A stretch of 64,000 nt of DNA, from positions 332-64,331 of the forward strand of contig JAGAYF010000060.1 in assembly GCA_017940605.1 (NCBI GenBank), read 5' to 3'. This document shows, piece after piece, positions 17,902 to 26,411 of the stretch. Source of the DNA: Bacteroidaceae bacterium. GTDB taxonomy: Bacteria; Bacteroidota; Bacteroidia; Bacteroidales; Bacteroidaceae. Numbering within the stretch: position 1 is the first letter of the stretch; each line of letters starts with the position of its first letter. The notes under the pieces are model-generated. The model was not told the origin of the DNA and did no database searches. It was given only the letters and a program-made list of their open reading frames with translations. A program made the translations under genes and the position numbers.

Positions 17902-18037
17902 TGCCTGGGCGGCAGCCCAACTTGTGCTAAATTATTTACATGGAAAGAAGATGGCATATTGCTGAATTTGCAACCTATGGGGAGATAGGATGGTTCTTGC
18001 CCCTCATGAGAATAGAATAACTTAAAAAGTCAAGATA

Positions 18038-19327
18038 ATGCAGCGCAGATTATGGATATTGATGGCCTTGGCGTGTTTGTTGTCAGTGCAACAGATGGCC
18101 GCCAAGGGAAAAATTTCGGGTGTCAAGCCGGCAGCCTATACGATTGTGTACTCCCAGAAAGCCGAACCCGAGGAGGGACTGCTCATGGCGCAGGAGTTGC
18201 AGCGCAAGCTGGCCTCCGCCACGCAGGTCACCCTGCCCCTTGTGGGCGACAGCCTGTTCAGGGGCGGGAAAGCCCTATACATTACGCATTCGCCCCAGAT
18301 GCAGGTCTTTGATTACAGCATTCGTTGCACCAAGGGACGGTTCACGATTGACGGAGGCGGCTGCTGGGCCATGGCCAAGGCCGTGGATATCCTGGCAGGG
18401 AAGCTTAAGGAGGGCGATGTTCCCGCCAACTTCGTCCTGAAGGGCAGTGTGTACGACCAGGAGCTGTTTCCGCGCCCCGAAGGCGTGAACCTGCGCATCC
18501 TGGACGACAATGTGTGGGGCTACCGCAAGGAGAAGATTCCCGATGCGTGGAAAGGGCTGCCCGCCGACCCCCGCGACGATGCGCGTGTGCCGCAGTTCTA
18601 CCAGCTTTTCCGCGCCTATATGCCCGATGTCATTACGTTGCAGGAATACAACGACCACATGGATGCCCGGCTCTTCCCTAAGCTGGAGAAACTGGGCTAC
18701 GAGCATACCTACAAGCCCAAGGAAAATTGGAACAACACACCCGTCATCTACAACAAGAACGCGGTCGATCTCATCAAGGCCGACTATCTGCTGTATCCGC
18801 GCATGGGCTTGGCCAATACCTTTACCAAGTCCTACACCGTGGCCATCTTCAGGCACAAAGCCACGGGCCGCGTGTTCGGCGTGGCCAGTACGCACCTGTG
18901 GTGGATGGGCGACGCGCGCCAAGTGGGCAGCAGTCAGTTGCGGGCCGCCCAGGTGCGTCTCCTGATGTGCCAGATAGAATTGTTGCAAAAGGAATACAAC
19001 TGTCCGTTCTTCGTATGTGGCGACATGAACTGCGAAGAGCGCAGCATTCCCATCCAACAATTCCTGCAAGGCGGCTATGAACCCTGCTACAAGCTGGCTA
19101 CGCTCTACGCTGACAACAATAACGGCCACCATATCTGCGGACCGGACGACGGATACGCGCGCCAGAGCCGCCGCATCAGCCCCACGCGCGACGGAGCCAT
19201 AGACCACTGCTTCCTTTACAACGGACAGGGGCGCGTTGAGGTGAAGGTGTTCGACTGCATCCAGCCTTACTTTACCGTACCCCTGACGGACCATTACCCC
19301 AACTTGGTCGATGCCGTCCTGAAGTAG
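18038..19327 (+). CDS. Secreted endonuclease/exonuclease/phosphatase (EEP) family protein, paralogue 1
   Basis: Signal peptide. EEP blocks LRILDDNVWG, VITLQEYN, ASTHLWW, FVCGDMNC, IDHCF, LTDHYPN. Confidence 0.85.
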   Translation: MQRRLWILMALACLLSVQQMAAKGKISGVKPAAYTIVYSQKAEPEEGLLMAQELQRKLASATQVTLPLVGDSLFRGGKALYITHSPQMQVFDYSIRCTKGRFTIDGGGCWAMAKAVDILAGKLKEGDVPANFVLKGSVYDQELFPRPEGVNLRILDDNVWGYRKEKIPDAWKGLPADPRDDARVPQFYQLFRAYMPDVITLQEYNDHMDARLFPKLEKLGYEHTYKPKENWNNTPVIYNKNAVDLIKADYLLYPRMGLANTFTKSYTVAIFRHKATGRVFGVASTHLWWMGDARQVGSSQLRAAQVRLLMCQIELLQKEYNCPFFVCGDMNCEERSIPIQQFLQGGYEPCYKLATLYADNNNGHHICGPDDGYARQSRRISPTRDGAIDHCFLYNGQGRVEVKVFDCIQPYFTVPLTDHYPNLVDAVLK

Positions 19328-19361
19328 GCAAAAGAAGAATAATGTAGACCAAGGTACGAAA

Positions 19362-20693
19362 ATGAAAAGGATATTTTTTTGTTTGTCGCTGTTTGCTGCT
19401 TTCCTCACCTGTGCAACGGCGCAGGAGAAGGGGGAAACGGTGGTTTCGCTGACAACATTGACGGGCCTTGCCGAGCGATTGGCGGCGGGATGGCCGCTTG
19501 CGGGCTACACCATCAGGTACAAATCGTCGGCCGAGGCCGAGGAGGGCCTGGACAGGGCGCAGGCGATGCAGGCCAACGTGAAAGCGAAAATCGGCCCCGT
19601 GTTGCCGATTACGGTCATGGGGGCATCGAATGGCTTGTTTCTTGATTTCACGCACAGCGACAACCGCGGTGTATTTGAATACGAGGTAACCACGTCGGAA
19701 GGCAGGGTGACGATCGACGGTGGCGGGTGTTGGGCCATGCAGTACGCGGCCGATGCCGTCGTTTCCTACATTTCCAAGCGGGACTTGCCGTTAAAATACT
19801 ACCTGAAGGGGACTGTGGAGGGCAAGACCCTGTTCCCGCGCCCCGAAGGCGTGAACCTGCGCATCCTGGACGACAATATCTGGAGTAATTCCAGCGAAAA
19901 GGTGCCCGATGCATGGAAAGAGCTCAACGCCGACCCGCGCGACGATGTGCGCGCCCCCCAATTTGCCCAGCTGGTGCGGGCTTACATGCCTGATGTCTTT
20001 ACAATGCAGGAGTATGACAGGCACATGGATGCACGGCTCATGTCACGTCTGCAGTCCTTGGGGTTTGTGTCGGCCACTCCCTCGCAAACACAATGGAACT
20101 ACACGCCCATCCTGTACCGCACGGTCGCATTGGAATTGCTGAAGGCCGATTACCTGCTGTACACCCCCGAGACGTGGAGCAACGGCAATACAAAATCCTT
20201 TACCTCGGCTGTGTTCAAGCACAAGGCGACGGGCAAGATTTTTGCCGTCATTACAACGCACCTGTGGTGGAAGTCTGAATCGGCCCAGGCAGGAAGTACG
20301 GCGGCGCGTGCGGCCCAGGTGAAAAGCCTCATGGAGGCTGCCGAGGCCATCAAGGCGGAATACGACTGCCCCATCTTCGTGACGGGCGACATGAACTGCT
20401 ATGAGAGCACCGAACCCATGCAATTGTTTCTCCAGGCTGGCTACCAGCCGTGCTACAAGATTGCTACGGTGTACGGCAACAACGACAACGGCCACCATGT
20501 GTGCAGTTCCGAAGGCTTCTCGCGCAAATCCAACCGCCCCAGCCCCTACCGCGAACTGGGTGCCATAGACCACTGTCTTTTGTATAACGGAAAGGATGCC
20601 GTCGAGGTGAAAGTGTTCGACTGCATCCAGGCATACTTCACCATCAAGCTCACAGACCACTATCCCAACCTGATAGACGCCGAGCTCAAGTAG
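19362..20693 (+). CDS. Secreted endonuclease/exonuclease/phosphatase (EEP) family protein, paralogue 2
   Basis: Same architecture and blocks as the upstream gene (LRILDDNIWS, FTMQEYD, ITTHLWW, FVTGDMNC, IDHCL, LTDHYPN). Shares a 42-nt identical DNA run with paralogue 1. Confidence 0.85.
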   Translation: MKRIFFCLSLFAAFLTCATAQEKGETVVSLTTLTGLAERLAAGWPLAGYTIRYKSSAEAEEGLDRAQAMQANVKAKIGPVLPITVMGASNGLFLDFTHSDNRGVFEYEVTTSEGRVTIDGGGCWAMQYAADAVVSYISKRDLPLKYYLKGTVEGKTLFPRPEGVNLRILDDNIWSNSSEKVPDAWKELNADPRDDVRAPQFAQLVRAYMPDVFTMQEYDRHMDARLMSRLQSLGFVSATPSQTQWNYTPILYRTVALELLKADYLLYTPETWSNGNTKSFTSAVFKHKATGKIFAVITTHLWWKSESAQAGSTAARAAQVKSLMEAAEAIKAEYDCPIFVTGDMNCYESTEPMQLFLQAGYQPCYKIATVYGNNDNGHHVCSSEGFSRKSNRPSPYRELGAIDHCLLYNGKDAVEVKVFDCIQAYFTIKLTDHYPNLIDAELK

Positions 20694-21365
20694 TCAGGGC
20701 CTGTGCAGGCCCATGTGGCCGCCGTCGCTATGGGCATAGCGGCGCAGGAGTTCCTGCAAGTGGCGCGCGCAGCCCTCTGTGGCGGCCTGGTTGCCGTCGT
20801 ATCCGTTGATAAGGAAGAGCAAACGGGTGGTTTCCAAGCCTATTTTCGTGCGCTCGTGGTCGCTCGTCGGTGTGCCGATGCCTCCCACGGCATCGCGGTA
20901 GACCGGCAGGTCGGCTATGTTGAGCAGGCCGCGCCCTATGCCCTCATAGGGTTCGCCCTCGCGGCCCACGCCCAGTGTGAGTTCCGTTCCCTGAATCTTG
21001 TCCATGTCGAAACCGCCAATGCTGTAGGCCCAGTGCATGGATGCCAGGTTGTTCAGGTCGACCAGGGTGCTTATTTCATAGAGCGACTTGCCTTGCAGCA
21101 GGCGGCGCACCAGTGCTTCGTTGCTGGGGCGGTATCGGCTGGGGTCCTTGCCCAGTGCGCGGTAGACGCGCCGCGTGGCCTCAATGCCGGCACGCTGCTT
21201 CAGGCTGTCGGGTGTGTATTCGGTCAGCAGGCGTTGCCCCTCGCCATGGATTTCCTGCCACAGCAGGTCGTCGTGTTCCGAATTCCGCACCTGCGCTTCC
21301 ACCGTAGCCACGCACAGTTGCGGGCAGGCGGCTTGTATCTCGGGTGAAAAATGGAGTGCTATCAT
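20694..21365 (-). CDS. B3/B4 tRNA-binding domain protein (PheT-related)
   Basis: 223 aa from the ATG at 21365. The 5' extension of the track ORF runs into the dispersed repeat. Family resemblance (..RRVYRALGKDPSRYRPSNEALVRRLLQGKSLYEISTLVDLNN..) recognised by eye. Confidence 0.7.
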   Translation of the reverse strand: MIALHFSPEIQAACPQLCVATVEAQVRNSEHDDLLWQEIHGEGQRLLTEYTPDSLKQRAGIEATRRVYRALGKDPSRYRPSNEALVRRLLQGKSLYEISTLVDLNNLASMHWAYSIGGFDMDKIQGTELTLGVGREGEPYEGIGRGLLNIADLPVYRDAVGGIGTPTSDHERTKIGLETTRLLFLINGYDGNQAATEGCARHLQELLRRYAHSDGGHMGLHRP

Positions 21366-21546
21366 GTGAAAAAATCTTGTCTTGCGTGAGGAAACCCGTG
21401 GGCTGCCCTGCGGAATGCTGCCGATGGGGCGGTCCTGCAAAATTACGGCTTTTCCACGACACGGCCCTATGATGCCTCCGTTTTTTCGGCACGACGGTGG
21501 GCGGGAGGCCGACCTGAGAACGGCGGCATCAACCCAACGGAAAACC

Positions 21547-21629
21547 ACAGGGCGCAAAAGGCCGGCCGATGCGGCCTGAAAAAAATCCTGCAAGGCGTAA
21601 AGGACGGACCAACGGGGCGTAAAAAAATC
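21547..21629 (+). repeat. Dispersed intergenic repeat, copy 3
   Basis: ACAGGGCGCAAAAGG, GATGCGGCCTGAAAAAAATCCTGCAAGGCGTAAAGG, AACGGGGCGTAAAAAAATC. Confidence 0.85.
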
Positions 21630-21720
21630 AAAATTGGGGAAACCCCGTTCTTTGTGGCCCAGTCGAAGCCCTGTTCCCCAAAAATGCGTTATTTTTGCAT
21701 GGATAAAAAGACTTCATTCC

Positions 21721-24702
21721 ATGATGGATGCACAATACAGGAATTTCTTGAATGACATGAGGCACACCCTGTCCCCCGCGCAGGTGGTGACCGACGAGTT
21801 GCGCACGCTGGCGTGGGGAACGGACGCGAGCTTCTACCGCATGACCCCACGGGTGGTGGTCTTTCCCCATGACGAAGAGCAAATGCAGCAGGTCATGGCC
21901 GCCTGTGCGCGGTGGCGGCTGCCGTTCACCTTTCGCGCGGCCGGTACGTCCCTGTCGGGCCAGGCCGTGAGCAACTCCGTACTCATCGTGGCCGGCCGCG
22001 CGTGGTGTCGCTGCCAGGTGAGCCCCGACGGCAGTACGGTGGCCCTGCAGCCCGGGCTGGTGGGGGCAGAAGTGAACAGGCGGCTGCGCCCCCTGGGGCG
22101 TGTCTTTCCGCCCGACCCCGCGTCGATAGGCAGTGCCATGGTGGGCGGCATCGTGGCCAACAATGCCTCGGGCATGAATTGCGGCGTCCATGCCAACAGT
22201 GACCGCATGATGGTGAGCGCGCGCCTCATCCTGGCCGACGGAACGCTGGTCGACACAGCCGATGCCTCCAGCCGCGCCCAGTTTGCCCAGACGCACGCCA
22301 CGTTGCTGGACCAGCTGGCCCAGCTGCGCGACGAGGTGAGGGCCGATGAGGCCCTGTGCCAACTGATTCGGCGCAAATACAGCATCAAGAACGTGACGGG
22401 GCTGAACCTGCGCCCCTTGGTGGCCTATGACGACCCGTTGGACATCATGGCCCACCTGATGGCGGGTTCGGAAGGCACGCTGGCCTTTGTGGCCGAGGTG
22501 CGCATGCGCACCCTGTGCGACTATCCGCACAAGGCTTCGGCCATGGTCTACTTCCACAGCATGGAGCAGAGCTGCCGCGCCGTGGTGGAACTGAAGAAGA
22601 TGCTGACCTCGGACGACGACCTGCGCATGAGTGCTGAACAGTGCTTGGTCAAGAGTGCCGAAATGCTGGACTACCTGTCGTTGCAGGCCGTCGAGGATGC
22701 CGTCTACCTGGACTACCGTGCCGATGTGGACGCAGGGCGCGTGCCCGGCGTGGCGGCCGGCGACTACAGCCACCTGACGGCCCTCCTTTTGGAGACCAAG
22801 GCTGCCGACCGCGGGGAACTCATGCGCCGCGTGGCGGCCATCGAGGGCGTGCTGGCGCAGTACGACCTGTACCGCCCCGCTCGCTTTACCGACGACCCTG
22901 CCGAATACAGCGCCTACTGGGCCATCCGCTCGGGCATCTTTCCGCGCGTGGGCGGAATGCGCCCCAAGGGCACGTCGTGCCTCATCGAGGACGTGGCGTT
23001 TCCCGTGGAGGTCCTGCCCGAGGCTACTGTCAGGCTGCAGAGGCTCATCAGCGACCACGGCTACCACGATGCCTGCATCTATGGCCATGCGCTGGAGGGG
23101 AACTACCACTTCATATTGAACCAAAGTTTCAGCACTGATGCCGAAGTGGCCCGCTATGAGCGCATGATGCGCGATGTGGCCCGTCTGGTGGTCGAGGAGT
23201 ATGGCGGCTCGCTCAAGGCCGAGCACGGAACGGGGCGGAACATGGCCCCTTTCGTGCGCTATGAGTGGGGCGACAGGGCCTATGGGGTGATGCAGCGGCT
23301 GAAGCACCTGTTTGACCCACAGGGGTTGCTGAATCCCGGGGTTATATTCAACGATGACCCGCAGTGCTTCGTGAAGGACCTGAAGCCCCTGCCCATCCTG
23401 TCCTTTTCCTACGGCGAACTGCCCGACAGCCTCACCGCCCGCGAGGCGGCCGAAGGGGCTGAGGCTGCCGACCGCTGCATTGAGTGCGGTTTCTGTGAGG
23501 TGAACTGCGTGTCGTGCGGGCTTACGCTGTCGGCGCGCATGCGTATAGCCGTGCTGCGGGAAATCCTGTCGCTGGAAAAAGCGGGGCAAGCCCCCGAGCG
23601 CGCGCGCCGCCTGAGGCGGATCTATCGCTATTGGGGCAACCAGACCTGTGCTGCCGACGGGTTGTGCGCCACGTCGTGTCCCATGCGCATCAACACAGGA
23701 CATGTGACGCATGTGGTGCGCCAACTGGAAACACAGCAAGACAAGACGGCGCAAGTGGCGGGCCGCCTGGCCGCCAAGCACTTGGGCGGAGTGGAACAGG
23801 GCTTGCGTGGACTGCTTGCCGCGGCTGAGGGGGCACACAGCCTGTTGGGCGACCGCGCCATGGCCTTGGTGGCTGGTGCTATGCACCGCATGGGCGCGCC
23901 GCTCTGGACAACGGCCATGCCCCATGCCCGCCGTAAGCCCGTGCAACCTGTTGCCCGGGCCGGAAGTGGGCGCAAGGTGGTGTATTTTCCCAGTTGCATC
24001 AACCAAACCATGGGGTTGGCCAAGGGGACACCCGTGAAAAATTCGCTGGTCGAGGAGATGTGTCTTTTGTTGCACAAGGCGGGATACGATGTCCTGTTCC
24101 CGAAAAAAATGGCGGGCCTGTGCTGCGGCCAGATATGGGAGAGCAAGGGCATGATGGAGGTGGCCGACCGGAAATCGCAGGAATTGGAGGCCGCCCTGTG
24201 GGAGGCCTCGGAGGGTGGTCGCTGGCCCATATTGTGCGACCAGAGCCCGTGCCTGCATCGCATGCGCAAGACGGTGAAAGGGCTGAAGTTGTATGAACCT
24301 GTGGAGTTTATCCTTACGTTTCTGAGACCCTACCTGGATTTCCACCCCCTGGAACGGCCCGTTGCGGTGCATGTGACCTGCTCTACGCGCCTGATGGGGC
24401 TGGCAGACCGCATGGTGGAGCTGGCGCGGCTGTGCTCGACGCGCGTATATGTGCCCGAGGGGGTGGGTTGCTGCGGCTTTGCGGGAGACAAGGGCTTCAC
24501 CCATCCTGAATTGAACCGCCATGCACTGCGCCGACTGCGGCCGCAGCTGGAGGAACACGGAATAGAGCGCGGCTACTCAAACAGCCGTACCTGTGAAGTG
24601 GGACTGCAGGCCAACGGCGGCATTCCCTACATGAGCATAGCCTACCTGGTGAATGAATGCACCGTGCCCCAGGCCGCGGAGACGGGCGGGGAAGTGCAAT
24701 GA
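21721..24702 (+). CDS. FAD-linked oxidase fused to 4Fe-4S and CCG domains (YdiJ / D-lactate dehydrogenase-like)
   Basis: 993 aa. FAD-binding PCMH-type N-terminus (FRAAGTSLSGQA), ferredoxin-like CIECGFCEVNC and CAADGLCATSCP, C-terminal Cys-rich CCG-type repeats. ATG at 21721. Confidence 0.85.
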   Translation: MMDAQYRNFLNDMRHTLSPAQVVTDELRTLAWGTDASFYRMTPRVVVFPHDEEQMQQVMAACARWRLPFTFRAAGTSLSGQAVSNSVLIVAGRAWCRCQVSPDGSTVALQPGLVGAEVNRRLRPLGRVFPPDPASIGSAMVGGIVANNASGMNCGVHANSDRMMVSARLILADGTLVDTADASSRAQFAQTHATLLDQLAQLRDEVRADEALCQLIRRKYSIKNVTGLNLRPLVAYDDPLDIMAHLMAGSEGTLAFVAEVRMRTLCDYPHKASAMVYFHSMEQSCRAVVELKKMLTSDDDLRMSAEQCLVKSAEMLDYLSLQAVEDAVYLDYRADVDAGRVPGVAAGDYSHLTALLLETKAADRGELMRRVAAIEGVLAQYDLYRPARFTDDPAEYSAYWAIRSGIFPRVGGMRPKGTSCLIEDVAFPVEVLPEATVRLQRLISDHGYHDACIYGHALEGNYHFILNQSFSTDAEVARYERMMRDVARLVVEEYGGSLKAEHGTGRNMAPFVRYEWGDRAYGVMQRLKHLFDPQGLLNPGVIFNDDPQCFVKDLKPLPILSFSYGELPDSLTAREAAEGAEAADRCIECGFCEVNCVSCGLTLSARMRIAVLREILSLEKAGQAPERARRLRRIYRYWGNQTCAADGLCATSCPMRINTGHVTHVVRQLETQQDKTAQVAGRLAAKHLGGVEQGLRGLLAAAEGAHSLLGDRAMALVAGAMHRMGAPLWTTAMPHARRKPVQPVARAGSGRKVVYFPSCINQTMGLAKGTPVKNSLVEEMCLLLHKAGYDVLFPKKMAGLCCGQIWESKGMMEVADRKSQELEAALWEASEGGRWPILCDQSPCLHRMRKTVKGLKLYEPVEFILTFLRPYLDFHPLERPVAVHVTCSTRLMGLADRMVELARLCSTRVYVPEGVGCCGFAGDKGFTHPELNRHALRRLRPQLEEHGIERGYSNSRTCEVGLQANGGIPYMSIAYLVNECTVPQAAETGGEVQ

Positions 24703-24718
24703 AAGGGAACGGAAATCC

Positions 24719-25222
24719 TTAATCGATTTTTTCAACCTGCAAACGCCAACGGGGATGCTTGGACTTGAGCGTGCTTAAGTTGGCGTAGAGCCATCCGTCG
24801 TCGATGTGCATGCTGCCGAATTCCTTTACGCCGTCGTTGAACCATATCCACGGCCGGCGATCGCTGAAGTTGATGGTCAGCCCGTGGCGGATGTCGCGGT
24901 AGTCCTTGAGTGAGCAGTACCAGACTTCCTCGCTGCCCTCCTGGGTGATTTGTGCGGTTTCGTCGTCATTTAAAAGGAAGTAGAATGTCTGTCCTTTCAC
25001 GTCAACGACTTTGTATGTGCCGATGTAGCTCTTGTCGGACACACTGGTGTGGGACTTGTGCTTGTCCAACTGGGTGTTGAGATGGGCAATGCTGTCTTGC
25101 AGCAGCGTGATGCTGTCCGTCAGTTGGGCTATGCGTGTCTCTTGGGCTTTCCGGCCATTGCAACCAGCGATGAAAAGGACGGTCAGTCCCAATAGCAGGA
25201 GGTTAGAGGGGGTTTTCTTCAT
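24719..25222 (-). CDS. Hypothetical lipoprotein
   Basis: 167 aa from the ATG at 25222. Lipobox LFIAGC, then a short coiled-coil-like segment and a globular domain. Overlaps the upstream gene by 20 nt. Confidence 0.7.
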   Translation of the reverse strand: MKKTPSNLLLLGLTVLFIAGCNGRKAQETRIAQLTDSITLLQDSIAHLNTQLDKHKSHTSVSDKSYIGTYKVVDVKGQTFYFLLNDDETAQITQEGSEEVWYCSLKDYRDIRHGLTINFSDRRPWIWFNDGVKEFGSMHIDDGWLYANLSTLKSKHPRWRLQVEKID

Positions 25223-26405
25223 GTTCTGAGGAATTAGAGATGGTTTGTGTGGGGATGGGCTGATGCAACAGCCACTCCATGAGATGGATGTCCATGTCGG
25301 CTTCGCCTTGCAGCAGGTATTGGTCGCGGCGGGCCTGGGTGTCATGCAGGATGTGGGCGGCGTGTTCCGCATCATTCCTGAGCAGGAGCGAAACGGCCAT
25401 GAGTATGCGTTGCTTGCTGCTCTGGGTAGCGGCGTAGAGGCGGACGTACTTTTCAGTTTCTGGGTCGTAGGCGTTTTGTGCCTCGTGGGTGCGCCCGGTG
25501 ACCAGGCATACGAACACATATTCGGCCGACAGTTCCAGCCGGAATAGCTTGAGCAGGTGATCCCTTTGGCTCATGGCATCGGCCAGCAGGGCATGGGCTT
25601 CCTCCCAGCGGTGGAGGTTTAGGAGACGGGCCGTGGCCATCATTTGCCAATTGGCCCACATGGAGTCTGTCCAACTGCCCGTTTGCGTTGGCTCGAACCA
25701 CGGGGAGGGCATGTCCTTGGGCTGTGTGCCTTCCTGTATGAGGGCGTTGGCCATGAGCATGCGGCATAGGAGGAACTTGGCTTGGGGCGATTTTTCCAGG
25801 TGGAAGAGGTTGTGGCCGTCGTTGGGGATGCCCGATATCTTGAGCGGTATGCCGTTGAGCAGCCCGTAGATGATACCCATGATGGCCATGCTGAGCAACA
25901 GGACCTCCAGCCATTGGGGCAGGGCGCACAAGTCCAGCGTTGCTATGGCAAGGGCGGCCGTTAGCAGGTTGGCGAGTACGCCGCCGGCGTTGTACCAGCG
26001 CGTATCCACCTGTTCGATGGGCTTGTCGGGCGGTGACATGAGGCATTGGCCGCCTGTGCCTGCCAATGAAAAGCGTTTCCATCGGTAATGGCCGTCGTGG
26101 CGGATGAGAGTGAACTGAAAAATGCGGAACGATACGAAGCGGTAGCCCGTGAGCAGGCCCATCAGAAGGTGTCCGGCTTCATGTAGGATGATTTGCAGGA
26201 CGGCGGAAACGGCCATCCATAGAATGAACCAACCAATCAGGGCAAAGGTGATCGCACTGTGCGATGAGAATACCTGTTGAAAGGCTTCGGCCACCGATTT
26301 GCCACTGCTTGCCGCCCCTATGAGGATGCCGACGCACAAACTCAAGGCCATCCCGATCAGGAACGTGAGCAGGAATTTGAGTACGCGCAGGAAGAATTGC
26401 TTCAT
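25203..26405 (-). CDS. M50 / site-2-protease-like membrane zinc metallopeptidase with C-terminal helical domain
   Basis: HEAGH inside a TM segment (LQIILHEAGHLLMG). Second motif NGIPLKISGIPNDGHNL resembles NxxPxxxxDG. Helical-repeat-like C-terminus of about 200 aa. Confidence 0.75.
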   Translation of the reverse strand: MKQFFLRVLKFLLTFLIGMALSLCVGILIGAASSGKSVAEAFQQVFSSHSAITFALIGWFILWMAVSAVLQIILHEAGHLLMGLLTGYRFVSFRIFQFTLIRHDGHYRWKRFSLAGTGGQCLMSPPDKPIEQVDTRWYNAGGVLANLLTAALAIATLDLCALPQWLEVLLLSMAIMGIIYGLLNGIPLKISGIPNDGHNLFHLEKSPQAKFLLCRMLMANALIQEGTQPKDMPSPWFEPTQTGSWTDSMWANWQMMATARLLNLHRWEEAHALLADAMSQRDHLLKLFRLELSAEYVFVCLVTGRTHEAQNAYDPETEKYVRLYAATQSSKQRILMAVSLLLRNDAEHAAHILHDTQARRDQYLLQGEADMDIHLMEWLLHQPIPTQTISNSSEHEENPL

Positions 26406-26411
26406 GGAGGG

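Noticed and set aside
21366-21593. N-terminal extensions of track ORFs: 20694-21593, 21634-, 24719-25519, 31310-33586, 33649-, 40546-, 47200-48273, 48093-, 58587- and 59659-60303.
   Set aside because: - The extensions run through intergenic or repeat DNA.
- They lack family-typical N-termini.
- Internal ATGs give canonical N-termini, signal peptides or correct spacing to TAnnTTTG boxes.
21628-24558. A 976-aa ORF on the minus strand. Similar long antisense ORFs occur at 9752-10819 (-), 11973-13484 (-), 27677-29737 (+), 36145-37107 (+), 43543-44676 (-), 53091-53915 (-) and 62271-63386 (-).
   Set aside because: - Each lies entirely opposite a gene with clear family motifs.
- Their translations are Ala/Arg/Gly/His/Pro-rich with no recognisable motifs.
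- This is typical of shadow ORFs in GC-rich coding DNA.
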